A stretch of DNA of 33,463 nucleotides from positions 1-33,463 of the forward strand of contig JANPAT010000149.1 of NCBI GenBank assembly GCA_031430075.1, given 5' to 3'. The position numbers and the translations under genes are program-made. Every line of letters begins with the position of its first letter. The stretch's first letter is position 1. The DNA is from Chitinophagaceae bacterium. GTDB taxonomy: Bacteria > Bacteroidota > Bacteroidia > Chitinophagales > Chitinophagaceae. A model generated the notes under the pieces. That model was given only the letters and a program-made list of their open reading frames with translations, did not search any database and was not told where the DNA came from. Positions 1 through 8,302 of the stretch are shown one piece after another.

Positions 1-43
1 AGAGTTGTATTTTATATAAATATCTAAAAAATAATCTTTCAAA

Positions 44-112
44 GTCATTGCGAGGAACGAAGCAATCTCATGATTTTTTTATTTGGGAGACTGCTTCGTT
101 CCTCGCAGTGAC
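44..112. repeat. REP-like GC-rich palindromic element, simple copy A
   Basis: Left arm 44-69 (gtcattgcgaggaacgaagcaatctc) pairs with right arm 87-112 (gagactgcttcgttcctcgcagtgac) at 25 of 26 positions: 24 Watson-Crick, 1 G-U, and 1 A-C mismatch. The loop is 17 nt and A/T-rich. The GC-rich arms stand out from the AT-rich background. The same arms recur at 7343-7472. The element lies just 3' of the minus-strand gene ending at 180. Confidence 0.85.
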
Positions 113-179
113 GATAAATAAAAAACTCAACAGATTTCTCAGGCAAGAACCTTCGAAATGACGAATAAAAATTTTACTT

Positions 180-503
180 TTATTTCTTCCCTCTCACCAA
201 TTCAAACGAATGTTGTATTTGCTCTTTAAGTTCTTGTGTGCTTAAACCACCATCAATAACAATGGTGTTCCAATGTTTTTTGCTCATGTGATAGCCAGGT
301 AAAATACAGCTATATCTTTCTCTTAATTCAAGAGCCAATTCAGGTTGGCATTTTACATTAATTTTTAAAGGAGATTCATCTGTAGCAATTAATAAAAACA
401 TTTTACTATACACTTTGTAAACAATATTATCTGGTCCAAAGGGCTGAGTTTCCTCAACTTCACCCAAACTCATAGCAAAATGATGTAAACTTTCAATGTT
501 CAT
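180..503 (-). CDS. MmcQ/YjbR family DNA-binding protein
   Basis: 107-aa ORF. The pattern PFGPDNIVYKV...KMF, then INVKCQPELALELRE, PGYHMSKKHWNTIVIDG, and HSFELV at the C-terminus is typical of the YjbR/MmcQ family. Confidence 0.8.
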   Translation of the reverse strand: MNIESLHHFAMSLGEVEETQPFGPDNIVYKVYSKMFLLIATDESPLKINVKCQPELALELRERYSCILPGYHMSKKHWNTIVIDGGLSTQELKEQIQHSFELVRGKK

Positions 504-506
504 TTT

Positions 507-1040
507 TTATTTCAACAAATTAGCAATTTCTTCACTATCTGGTTTTGTTTTACTAGGAAAATAAGCCAACATTTTTCCATTTTCATCTAACAAAAATTTA
601 TTAAAATTCCATTTTATGGTAGCATCTAAAATTCCATTTTCTTCTTTTGTACAAAGCCATTTGTATATGGGTGCAATATTTTCTCCTTTAACATCAACCT
701 TTGCAGTTAAAGGAAATGTAACACCAAATCGTGCTTTACAAAATTCTTTAATGGTTTCTTCAGTACCTGATTCTTGTCCACCAAACTGATTACAAGGAAA
801 ACCAACAATTACCAATTTATCTTTATTGGCTTCGTGTAATTTTTGTAAGCCTTCGTATTGAGGTGTATAGCCACATTCAGATGCTGTATTGACTACTAAT
901 ATTTTTTTGCCTTTAAATTTTGCAAAATCTACAATTTTACCATCGATACTTTTTACTTTAAACTGATGAATTGACGAGTTTTGAGCAAAAGAAAATGTTG
1001 TCATAATTAAAGTAAATAATAATGCTAAGAAAATTTTCAT
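507..1040 (-). CDS. Glutathione peroxidase (Cys-type) with N-terminal signal peptide
   Basis: GPx signatures NTASECGYTPQY, FPCNQFGGQE and KWNFNKFL are present. The catalytic residue is encoded by TGT (Cys), not TGA. The hydrophobic N-terminus MKIFLALLFTLIMTTFSFAQ looks like a Sec signal. Confidence 0.9.
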   Translation of the reverse strand: MKIFLALLFTLIMTTFSFAQNSSIHQFKVKSIDGKIVDFAKFKGKKILVVNTASECGYTPQYEGLQKLHEANKDKLVIVGFPCNQFGGQESGTEETIKEFCKARFGVTFPLTAKVDVKGENIAPIYKWLCTKEENGILDATIKWNFNKFLLDENGKMLAYFPSKTKPDSEEIANLLK

Positions 1041-1062
1041 TGGTTTTATTTTTATTTTTTGA

Positions 1063-2481
1063 TTATTGTTTTTCGTAACAACCCATATCTGGTTTTGGTC
1101 CTAATGGTCTTGGTTTGCTATCTAAATCTACAGCCAAAGATGGTGCCAAAGCAGTATTAATACAAGGAGAATTGGTTGCTAAATGAAAGTTAAAAATATT
1201 TTTTGAGTAATCTATTTGTTCAAAATTGGGGTTTACATCTTTTAAAGAATTGGTTATGGTAACATTTGCAGGATTCGTTTTTTGTTTGTACAAAATGCTA
1301 TTGCAACTTACACTAAAACCAACAGCTGTATTGGTTTTTGGAATATTAATTTCATTATCAACAAATCCACCATCACCATAAATAATCGAATTGTTTAAGG
1401 TAACATTTAATGCATTTGAATTGCTTAAGTCGTTTGTAGTGTTACTTAGTGTAATTAAAGATTCTTTATGACTTAAATAATAATTGCTAAAACTTGCAAA
1501 TGTGCAATGGTTGAAATTATATGTGCCTCCAGCTACTGCATAAAAACCAAATCCACAATTACTGATTAAACAATTTCGAACCATGAGAGAACTATTAGAA
1601 CAAAGCAATGCTTTGTCATAAATATTATCGAAAATGCATTGGTCTAAAGTAACTTTTGGATTACTGTTTGATGCTGGATTCTCTGCAACGATACCTTGAT
1701 AAGCATTTTTAATAATGCAATGTTGCAGTTGATTGTCTTTACTTGTTGTGCTAAAATAAATATAAGGCCAACTACCTGGATAATTTTTATAAGGATCATC
1801 AATTCTAATGCCTTGAAAAACTATTTTACTGCTCAAAGCTGTATCACCAATAGCTTTTAGAGTACCATGTACAATTATGGGTGCATTTGGATGTATGTAT
1901 AGTTGTGTGCCTTTTTGAATAGTTAGAGTTTTGTTTTGATTGATGGTTAAACTGCCTAAAATTACAATGGGCATTGAGTTGGTAAAAATGCTATCGGTTG
2001 TAACTTTTACATTATTTAAGAAACGTGCATTTTTTCCATAAGCTTGTAATTGAATCCATTTAGTATTGCCGTTGTATAAAATTTCAATGCTATCTCTCAC
2101 CAAAAAAGGAAGGTTTGCTGTATTGGGGTCTATTCGAACAGTTGCAAACATGTACATGCTATCATTGGCTTCTAATTCTAGATCTTTAAAATTTGTTCCA
2201 GCAATTCCATCAACATTTAACTTAAAAAAAGAACTTGCACCACCTTTTAATGTTAAAGAAGATAGTTTAAGCTTTTGATTATTTAAGTTGAAGATTTTTA
2301 AATATTGAGTAGTTGAACCTAAAGTAGTAAACACTGTATCGAAATGTAAAGTATCTTCTGAGGTTCTTAAAACTGCATCTGCACTTGTAATAAATGATTC
2401 TTTTTTGCACGATGATATTAGCAAAATGCAACTCATCAACCCTAAAAAAAATATACTTCTTAAATTAAAAAATTTCATCAC
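1063..2481 (-). CDS. Right-handed parallel beta-helix lipoprotein (choice-of-anchor-Q-like C-terminus)
   Basis: Signal peptide plus lipobox Cys (LLISSCKKE). Repeated N/G/I-rich beta-helix-like turns are visible (NCLISNCGFGFY, NSIIYGDGG). The C-terminus ends in the DMGCYE motif common to this family. Confidence 0.6.
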   Translation of the reverse strand: MMKFFNLRSIFFLGLMSCILLISSCKKESFITSADAVLRTSEDTLHFDTVFTTLGSTTQYLKIFNLNNQKLKLSSLTLKGGASSFFKLNVDGIAGTNFKDLELEANDSMYMFATVRIDPNTANLPFLVRDSIEILYNGNTKWIQLQAYGKNARFLNNVKVTTDSIFTNSMPIVILGSLTINQNKTLTIQKGTQLYIHPNAPIIVHGTLKAIGDTALSSKIVFQGIRIDDPYKNYPGSWPYIYFSTTSKDNQLQHCIIKNAYQGIVAENPASNSNPKVTLDQCIFDNIYDKALLCSNSSLMVRNCLISNCGFGFYAVAGGTYNFNHCTFASFSNYYLSHKESLITLSNTTNDLSNSNALNVTLNNSIIYGDGGFVDNEINIPKTNTAVGFSVSCNSILYKQKTNPANVTITNSLKDVNPNFEQIDYSKNIFNFHLATNSPCINTALAPSLAVDLDSKPRPLGPKPDMGCYEKQ

Positions 2482-2504
2482 ATCAAAAATAGGTGTATTT
2501 GCAG

Positions 2505-3206
2505 TTATACAGTATAAGCAACAGTAACAACACTTAATTTTGTGTTACAAATTTGTAAAATTTCTGTTCCACACGATTCTAAAGTTGCACCTGTGGTAAT
2601 TACATCATCTACCAAAAGAATATGTTTATTTTCTATTAATTCTGGATGTGTTACTTTAAAAACACCTTCCATATTTTGCCAACGTTGTATTCGATTTTCG
2701 TGAGTTTGTGTTTCAGTAAAAACAACCCTTTCAACTACTTTTTGTAGCATGGGTTTTTGCCAAACTTCTGTAATACCTTCGCAGATAATAGCAGCTTGAT
2801 TATAGCCTCTTTTAAATTCTTTTTTTTCGTTTAAGGGTAAAGGAATAATAGCATCGATAGATTGAAACCGTAAAGATTTTTTCAATTCTAAGCCTATTAA
2901 TTTTCCTAAATAGTAACCCGCTTCTTTATTACCCTTGTACTTAAGTTGAACAATTAAATGCTGTAATAGCGATTCTTTAGTAAAGAAAAAATTTGCAGCT
3001 GCATGCTCTACTTTTAATCTGCCATAAAATATTTTTTCGATGGGGTTGGGAGTGTTTTCAAAAAAATCAGTACAAGGAAGTTCTGTTTTACATTGTGAAC
3101 AAAGCAAATCATTTTTCATTAAAACATCAGTAGAACAGCCTAAACAGGTATGAGGAAAAATAATTTGGCTGAAGCCATCGGTAAATTGTTTTACTAAGTT
3201 TATCAT
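2505..3206 (-). CDS. comF: ComF family protein (phosphoribosyltransferase-domain)
   Basis: N-terminal Cys pairs (CLGC...CSQC) form a zinc-finger-like motif. The C-terminal PRPP-binding loop is LLVDDVITTGATL. Size is 233 aa. Confidence 0.85.
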   Translation of the reverse strand: MINLVKQFTDGFSQIIFPHTCLGCSTDVLMKNDLLCSQCKTELPCTDFFENTPNPIEKIFYGRLKVEHAAANFFFTKESLLQHLIVQLKYKGNKEAGYYLGKLIGLELKKSLRFQSIDAIIPLPLNEKKEFKRGYNQAAIICEGITEVWQKPMLQKVVERVVFTETQTHENRIQRWQNMEGVFKVTHPELIENKHILLVDDVITTGATLESCGTEILQICNTKLSVVTVAYTV

Positions 3207-3315
3207 TTTGCTTAATCAATAAATAGTATTTGCCACTTATAAAAATAAAGCAGTTTTTGATAAATTAATCAACTTTGAATATGAAATAAGAATATTTTCG
3301 TACAAATAATTTAAA

Positions 3316-6159
3316 ATGAAGTTTTTGTTTTCTGCTATCCTATTGTTTTTATTCTTGAATGCTCAAGCACAAAATGCAACTTTGAAAGGTAAATTAGTTG
3401 ATAGTGTTTCTCGTAAAAATTTAGCCAATGCTACTATAAGTTTATTAGATGTAAAGGATAGTACTTTAGAGCAATTCACTTTATCAAAAGAGTCGGGAAG
3501 CTTCGAAATGAAAAATATTTCTCTCGGTAGTTATCTGCTTCAAATTTCTATAAAGGGGTTTGATGCTGTGTTTATGAAAATAAATTTTACTAAAGATCAA
3601 TTAGAAAGAAATTTAGGAAATATTTATTTAGAGCAACAAGCAAAAGACTTAGGAAATGTAACTGTTGTACAAACACCAATTATTATAAAAAAAGATACTA
3701 TAGAGTATAATGCAGGAAGTTTTAAAACAAAACCCAATTCTGATGTAGAAGATTTATTAAAGAAAATGCCAGGATTGCAAGTTGATAAAGATGGTAGCAT
3801 AAAAGCTCAAGGCGAGCAAGTACAAAGGGTTTTAGTTGATGGTAAACGTTTTTTTGGAGACGATCCTAAAATGGCAACAAAAAATTTGCCTAGTGATGTT
3901 ATTGATAAAATTCAGGTGTTCGATGCATTAAGTGATCAAAGTGCATTTTCTGGTTTTGATGATGGTAATAGAACTAAAACCATAAATATTATCACTAAAA
4001 AAGATAAACGTAAAGGCAATTTTGGTAAGGCAACAGTTGGTTTAGGTTCTGATGGGGATCAATTAATGAATGATCATAATATTAGTTTAAGCAATTTTAA
4101 TAATGGCCGACAACTTACTTTAACTGGTCAGGGTAATAATGTAAACAAACAAAGTTTTGGTATTCAAGATATTTTAGGTTCTCTGAGTTCTGGTGGTAGA
4201 GGTTTTAGTAGTGGAGGAGGAAGAGCTGGTGGTGGAATTATGAATATTGTACAGTCGTTAATTGGAGGAGGAGCTTCAAATGGAATTATAAATACATGGA
4301 GTGGTGGTTTAAATTATGGTAATGAAGTAGGAAAATTTAATGATAAATTGAATGGTAGTGGGTTTTACAATAATCAAAGAACAACTAGAGAACAGAATAG
4401 TTTTACTGAAAACCTAACTTCTGGAAAATCAGATTCATCCATTTTTAGTAATCAATTGCAAAGTTCTAACACCAATAATAAAAACGGAAGATTTAATTTT
4501 AATTTAGAAAAACAGTTAGATAGTGCCGGAAATAATTCAATCATTTTCCGACCAAATATTAATTTTCAAAATACAAGTCAAAGTTCTGAAACCAATACTA
4601 GTTCTACTAAATCAAAAACAATAAATCTTTCAAATTCTGCAGCTAGTACCAGAAGTGAAAACTCTGGTTATAGTGGAACTATTGATTTCACATTTCGTCA
4701 TAGATTTAAAAAGAAAGGAAGAACATTTACCACCAATATCAATTTAGGTAGAAACGATAATGATGGAGATGGAAATAATTATTCTATCAATGAGTTTTTT
4801 AACAACAATGTATCTTTTAGAAAAGATACCATTGACCAATTTTATACCACTACTAACTCAACAAAAAATTATGGAACAACCATTTCTTATGCAGAGCCAG
4901 TAAGTAAATTTACACAAATTGAATTTGCATATAATAGAACATATTCTCAAACAGAATCTGACAAAAGAACTTTAGCGTATGCCGATAATGCCAAAGATTA
5001 TATAATAACTGTTCCAAATCTTACCAATAGTTTTCGAAATACCTATAAGGCAGATAGAGGAACCATTAGCTATCGTTTAACCAAAGAGAAATTCAATTTT
5101 ACAATTGGAAATGGTTTTCAATGGGGCAATTTAAATAGTGTTAACAGAACAACAGGAAATAAAATTGTACAAGATTATGTAAATCTTTTTCCTACTGTAA
5201 ATTTCAACTACAGCTTTAGTAAAACAGAAAATTTTCGATTCAATTATTCTGGAAGAACAAGCCAGCCAAGTGTTTCACAATTACAACCTGTAGTTGATAA
5301 TAGCGATCCTTTGAATATCAGAATGGGTAATCCAAACTTAAATCAACGTTTCACAAATAATTTAAGATTATTCTATAACTCATTCAACATCTTAACACAA
5401 AAAATATTTTTTGCTACCATTAATGCAACTTTTGTGGCTAACGATATTCAAAATTCAATCACTGTTTTAAATAATGGAGTTCAAATTTCACAACCAGTAA
5501 ACTTGAGTGGTACTTACAATATTTTAGGATTTGTAAATTATGGATTTCCATTGCGTAAGCCTAAAAGCAATTTAAATTTTGGTTTAAATTTTAATCGAAA
5601 CCAAAGCCAAGGTTTAGTGAATGGATTAAGCAATTATAGTCGTAATACAACTTTGGGACAAACCATTTCATGGTCATCAAACCTTAAAGAAAAATGGGAT
5701 TTTAATTTAACATCCAGCACCACCTATAATATTGCTTCATATACTTTGCAGCCTGAGCAAAATGCTAATTATTTTTCACAAATGATTTCTACAGAAATTA
5801 CTCGATACACTAAAAGTGGTTGGATATTTTCTGTAGATTTTGATTATACTTATAATGGTGGTAGAACAGATGGGTTTAATACTTCTATTCCTTTGTTGAA
5901 TGCTAGTATTGCTAAACAATTGTTCAAGGATAAAGCTGGTGAATTTAAGTTTTATATGTTCGATTTATTTAGTCAGAACAAAAGCATTACACGTTCTGTA
6001 GCTTCTAACTACATTCAAGATATGCAAACCCGAGTGTTGACCAACTATTTTACTTTTAGTTTCACTTATAATCTTCGAAGCTTCAAGCCTCAACAAAATC
6101 AACAAATGCGAATGATGATGGGTCCAGGTGGTGGGCAAAGAGGTGGAATGCGATTTTAG
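3316..6159 (+). CDS. Outer-membrane beta-barrel family protein, TonB-dependent-receptor-like (CarboxypepD_reg + plug + barrel)
   Basis: The N-terminus has a signal peptide followed by a carboxypeptidase-regulatory-like domain (TLKGKLVDSVSRKNLANATISL). The plug region reads DTIEYNAGSF...MPGLQVDKDGSIKAQGE...VLVDGKRFFG. A long N/S/T-rich barrel follows, and the terminal residue is F. Confidence 0.8.
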   Translation: MKFLFSAILLFLFLNAQAQNATLKGKLVDSVSRKNLANATISLLDVKDSTLEQFTLSKESGSFEMKNISLGSYLLQISIKGFDAVFMKINFTKDQLERNLGNIYLEQQAKDLGNVTVVQTPIIIKKDTIEYNAGSFKTKPNSDVEDLLKKMPGLQVDKDGSIKAQGEQVQRVLVDGKRFFGDDPKMATKNLPSDVIDKIQVFDALSDQSAFSGFDDGNRTKTINIITKKDKRKGNFGKATVGLGSDGDQLMNDHNISLSNFNNGRQLTLTGQGNNVNKQSFGIQDILGSLSSGGRGFSSGGGRAGGGIMNIVQSLIGGGASNGIINTWSGGLNYGNEVGKFNDKLNGSGFYNNQRTTREQNSFTENLTSGKSDSSIFSNQLQSSNTNNKNGRFNFNLEKQLDSAGNNSIIFRPNINFQNTSQSSETNTSSTKSKTINLSNSAASTRSENSGYSGTIDFTFRHRFKKKGRTFTTNINLGRNDNDGDGNNYSINEFFNNNVSFRKDTIDQFYTTTNSTKNYGTTISYAEPVSKFTQIEFAYNRTYSQTESDKRTLAYADNAKDYIITVPNLTNSFRNTYKADRGTISYRLTKEKFNFTIGNGFQWGNLNSVNRTTGNKIVQDYVNLFPTVNFNYSFSKTENFRFNYSGRTSQPSVSQLQPVVDNSDPLNIRMGNPNLNQRFTNNLRLFYNSFNILTQKIFFATINATFVANDIQNSITVLNNGVQISQPVNLSGTYNILGFVNYGFPLRKPKSNLNFGLNFNRNQSQGLVNGLSNYSRNTTLGQTISWSSNLKEKWDFNLTSSTTYNIASYTLQPEQNANYFSQMISTEITRYTKSGWIFSVDFDYTYNGGRTDGFNTSIPLLNASIAKQLFKDKAGEFKFYMFDLFSQNKSITRSVASNYIQDMQTRVLTNYFTFSFTYNLRSFKPQQNQQMRMMMGPGGGQRGGMRF

Positions 6160-6203
6160 GTTTTCTTATTAATGAAGATTTTAACTCGTTGCAGTATATG
6201 TGT

Positions 6204-6211
6204 TAAGTTTG
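6204..6211 (+). promoter_or_regulatory. Candidate Bacteroidota -7 promoter box (TAAGTTTG)
   Basis: Exact match to the TAnnTTTG consensus, 41 nt upstream of the 6252 ATG. No well-spaced -33 TTG was seen. Confidence 0.3.
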
Positions 6212-6251
6212 CAACTTCTACTACAAGTTAAGTAGGGTTCAATTTAATATT

Positions 6252-7247
6252 ATGGCAAAAGCTAATTTAAAAGGGTTCGATAAATTTATTAATAAAGAAC
6301 TTAAAGGTGCTAAGAAAAAAGAAGTTATTCGACAAGAGAAAAGAAAATATAAAGCAGAGAAAAGAGAAGCTGGAAGGTTAGCCTACAAAAAGAAAATGGA
6401 GAAGCTTAATGGAACGTATAAGCCTCTAATAAAAAAAAGCAGTAATAATACTAATAAGGTTGAAAAAATTATTCTTGAAAAAGATGTTGCCGAACTAATG
6501 CCATTAAACAAATTCATTGCTCATGCTGGAATTTGTGGAAGAAGAGAAGCTGTTGAACTCATCAAACAAGAATTAATTACAGTTAATGGAACCATTATTA
6601 AAGAACCAGGCTTTAAAGTTTCTGATAAAGATTTAGTAAAATATAAAGGAAAGAAAATTTCTGCAAAAACAACTGCAGTATATATATTATTAAATAAACC
6701 CAAAGATTATATTACTACTTCTGATGACCCCAAAGGAAGAAAAACTGTATTAGATTTAATTAAAGGTGCAACACCTGAAAGAGTATATCCTGTGGGCAGG
6801 TTGGATAGAAATACAACTGGTGTTTTGTTGTTAACGAATGATGGCGATTTAGCACAAAAATTAACTCATCCATCTTACGAAATAAAAAAGATTTATGAAG
6901 TAACACTCGACAAAGAGGTTTCTAAAAAAGATTTTGAAAAAGTATTAAATGGAATAACACTCGAAGATGGATTTATAAAAGCAGATGCACTATCTTTTTT
7001 AGAAGCTAAGGATAAAAAATCTTTAGGAATAGAAATTCATAGTGGTAGAAACAGAATTGTTCGTAGAATTTTTGAATCTCTTGGATATACTGTTGAAAAG
7101 TTAGATAGGGTATTGTTTGCTAATCTTACAAAGAAAAATGTTAATCGTGGAAGATGGAGAATGTTGAATGAAAAAGAGGTTCGACTATTAAAGTTTATGA
7201 ATAAATCTTTTATTAAAAAGATAAAGCCTACAGCTAGTATTGAGTAG
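6252..7247 (+). CDS. rluB: RsuA/RluB-family pseudouridine synthase with S4 domain and polybasic N-terminal extension
   Basis: S4 domain: LNKFIAHAGICGRREAVELI. Catalytic motif: GRLDRNTTGVLLLTNDGDL. Residues 1-82 form a K/E-rich extension. An alternative start at 6498 (MPLNKF) is possible. Confidence 0.85.
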   Translation: MAKANLKGFDKFINKELKGAKKKEVIRQEKRKYKAEKREAGRLAYKKKMEKLNGTYKPLIKKSSNNTNKVEKIILEKDVAELMPLNKFIAHAGICGRREAVELIKQELITVNGTIIKEPGFKVSDKDLVKYKGKKISAKTTAVYILLNKPKDYITTSDDPKGRKTVLDLIKGATPERVYPVGRLDRNTTGVLLLTNDGDLAQKLTHPSYEIKKIYEVTLDKEVSKKDFEKVLNGITLEDGFIKADALSFLEAKDKKSLGIEIHSGRNRIVRRIFESLGYTVEKLDRVLFANLTKKNVNRGRWRMLNEKEVRLLKFMNKSFIKKIKPTASIE

Positions 7248-7342
7248 TTGTTTGGTTGTAGGAAGAAATAAGAAATTTAGTAGCTTATAGTTTTTTAATA
7301 ATAATTTTTCATTTTTTATATATTTTTTTTCAATTATTTAAC

Positions 7343-7472
7343 GTCACTGCGAGGCACGAAGCAGTCTCACAAATAAAACATCATAAACTTCCAGATTTGA
7401 CAACTTTCCGAAAGTTGTCAAATCTTTTTAAAAATAGAAATTGAAAGAGATTGCTTCGTGCCTCGCAAAGAC
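7343..7472. repeat. REP-like palindromic element, composite copy B, inverted relative to copy A and carrying a nested insertion
   Basis: Arms 7343-7368 (gtcactgcgaggcacgaagcagtctc) and 7447-7472 (gagattgcttcgtgcctcgcaaagac) pair at 24 of 26 positions: 23 Watson-Crick plus 1 G-U. The interior starts with caaataaaacatcat, matching the reverse complement of the copy A loop. A further 62 nt (7385-7446) is absent from copy A. Confidence 0.85.
7393..7429 (+). terminator. Perfect 15-bp hairpin plus short T-run; candidate intrinsic terminator or nested palindromic element
   Basis: agatttgacaacttt (7393-7407), loop ccg, then aaagttgtcaaatct (7411-7425), followed by tttt. It lies 146 nt after the rluB stop. 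The stem is AT-rich and the U-run is short, so terminator function is uncertain. Confidence 0.4.
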
Positions 7473-7582
7473 AAATAAAATTGAGTTTATAAATTTAATT
7501 TTTAAGTTAATATTAACTCCAAACTATAAATTATTTTAATGCGATAAAGAATTCAACACCAACCATTCACCACTCACCATAT

Positions 7583-8302
7583 ATGAAATTTAAAGACCTC
7601 GACATTATTTTAGAAAATAAGCATTTTATTGCCATCAATAAACCTGCAGGCTTGTTTTCTGTACCCGATAGATTTGGAGTAGCAATATCTTTAAAACAAA
7701 TTCTTGAAGAAAAATTTGGTAAAATATTTATAGTACATCGTTTAGATAAAGACACCAGCGGCGTTATATTATTTGCCAAAGATGCTGTTACCCATAAGGC
7801 TTTAAACGAAATGTTTGAGCTGAGAAAAATTGAAAAATATTATGTCGGATTAGTAATTGGTTCTTTATACAATCAAGCAGGAAAGATTGAATTGCACATG
7901 GCTGAACACAGTTTTAAAAAAGGAGAAATGGTAGTAAATCCAAGAGGAAAACTTTCATTAACTACTTATGAAGTGCTGAATGATTACAAACATTTTTCTT
8001 GGATAAAATTTCAAATTCATACTGGTCGTACTCATCAAATTCGTTTACATGCAAAACATATTGGTCATCCTTTAGTTTGTGATGATTTGTATGGAGATGG
8101 GAAACCTATTTTGCTTTCTCAAATAAAATCTAAATATAAACTCTCAAAAAATTTACTTGAAGAAACGCCTATTTTAAATCGTGTTGGTTTACATGCTTAT
8201 CAACTGATTTTTGAATGGGATAATAATAAAATTGATTTAGTAGCTGAGCCACCTAAAGATTTAAGGGCTTTAATGCAACAATTAGATAAGAATGTAAGAT
8301 AA
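7583..8302 (+). CDS. RluA-family pseudouridine synthase (no S4 domain)
   Basis: Catalytic motif HRLDKDTSGVILFAKD and HTGRTHQIRLH are present. The N-terminus FIAINKPAGL fits the family. Size is 239 aa. Confidence 0.9.
   Translation: MKFKDLDIILENKHFIAINKPAGLFSVPDRFGVAISLKQILEEKFGKIFIVHRLDKDTSGVILFAKDAVTHKALNEMFELRKIEKYYVGLVIGSLYNQAGKIELHMAEHSFKKGEMVVNPRGKLSLTTYEVLNDYKHFSWIKFQIHTGRTHQIRLHAKHIGHPLVCDDLYGDGKPILLSQIKSKYKLSKNLLEETPILNRVGLHAYQLIFEWDNNKIDLVAEPPKDLRALMQQLDKNVR

Noticed and set aside
131-160. Possible third, degenerate repeat copy (cagatttctcaggcaagaaccttcgaaatgacg), which shares cgtcatt and cagattt with the REP-like elements
   Set aside because: Only short shared words are present, and the hairpin is weak and interrupted (5 + 3 bp). 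I cannot distinguish it from chance without a genome-wide repeat alignment.
507-1040. Possible selenocysteine-type glutathione peroxidase
   Set aside because: The active-site codon is TGT (Cys) and there is no in-frame TGA. This is an ordinary Cys-type GPx.
2066-2278. 70-aa plus-strand ORF inside the beta-helix lipoprotein gene
   Set aside because: It is fully antisense to a longer, motif-supported gene and has low-complexity composition. It is a shadow ORF.
2484-2491. Exact TAnnTTTG match on the minus strand upstream of the beta-helix lipoprotein gene
   Set aside because: It ends only 2 nt from the ATG, so a -7 box here would place the transcription start inside the coding region.
6521-6703. 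60-aa minus-strand ORF inside rluB
   Set aside because: It lies antisense within the S4/catalytic region of a well-supported gene, and no motifs are visible.
7505-7518. Perfect 14-bp palindrome agttaatattaact upstream of the RluA-family gene, considered as a possible operator
   Set aside because: It is pure A/T-rich with 7-bp half-sites. Several such palindromes are expected by chance in 33 kb at this composition.
7567-7779. 70-aa minus-strand ORF overlapping the RluA-family gene start
   Set aside because: It is antisense to a gene carrying a clear HRLD catalytic motif. It is a shadow ORF.
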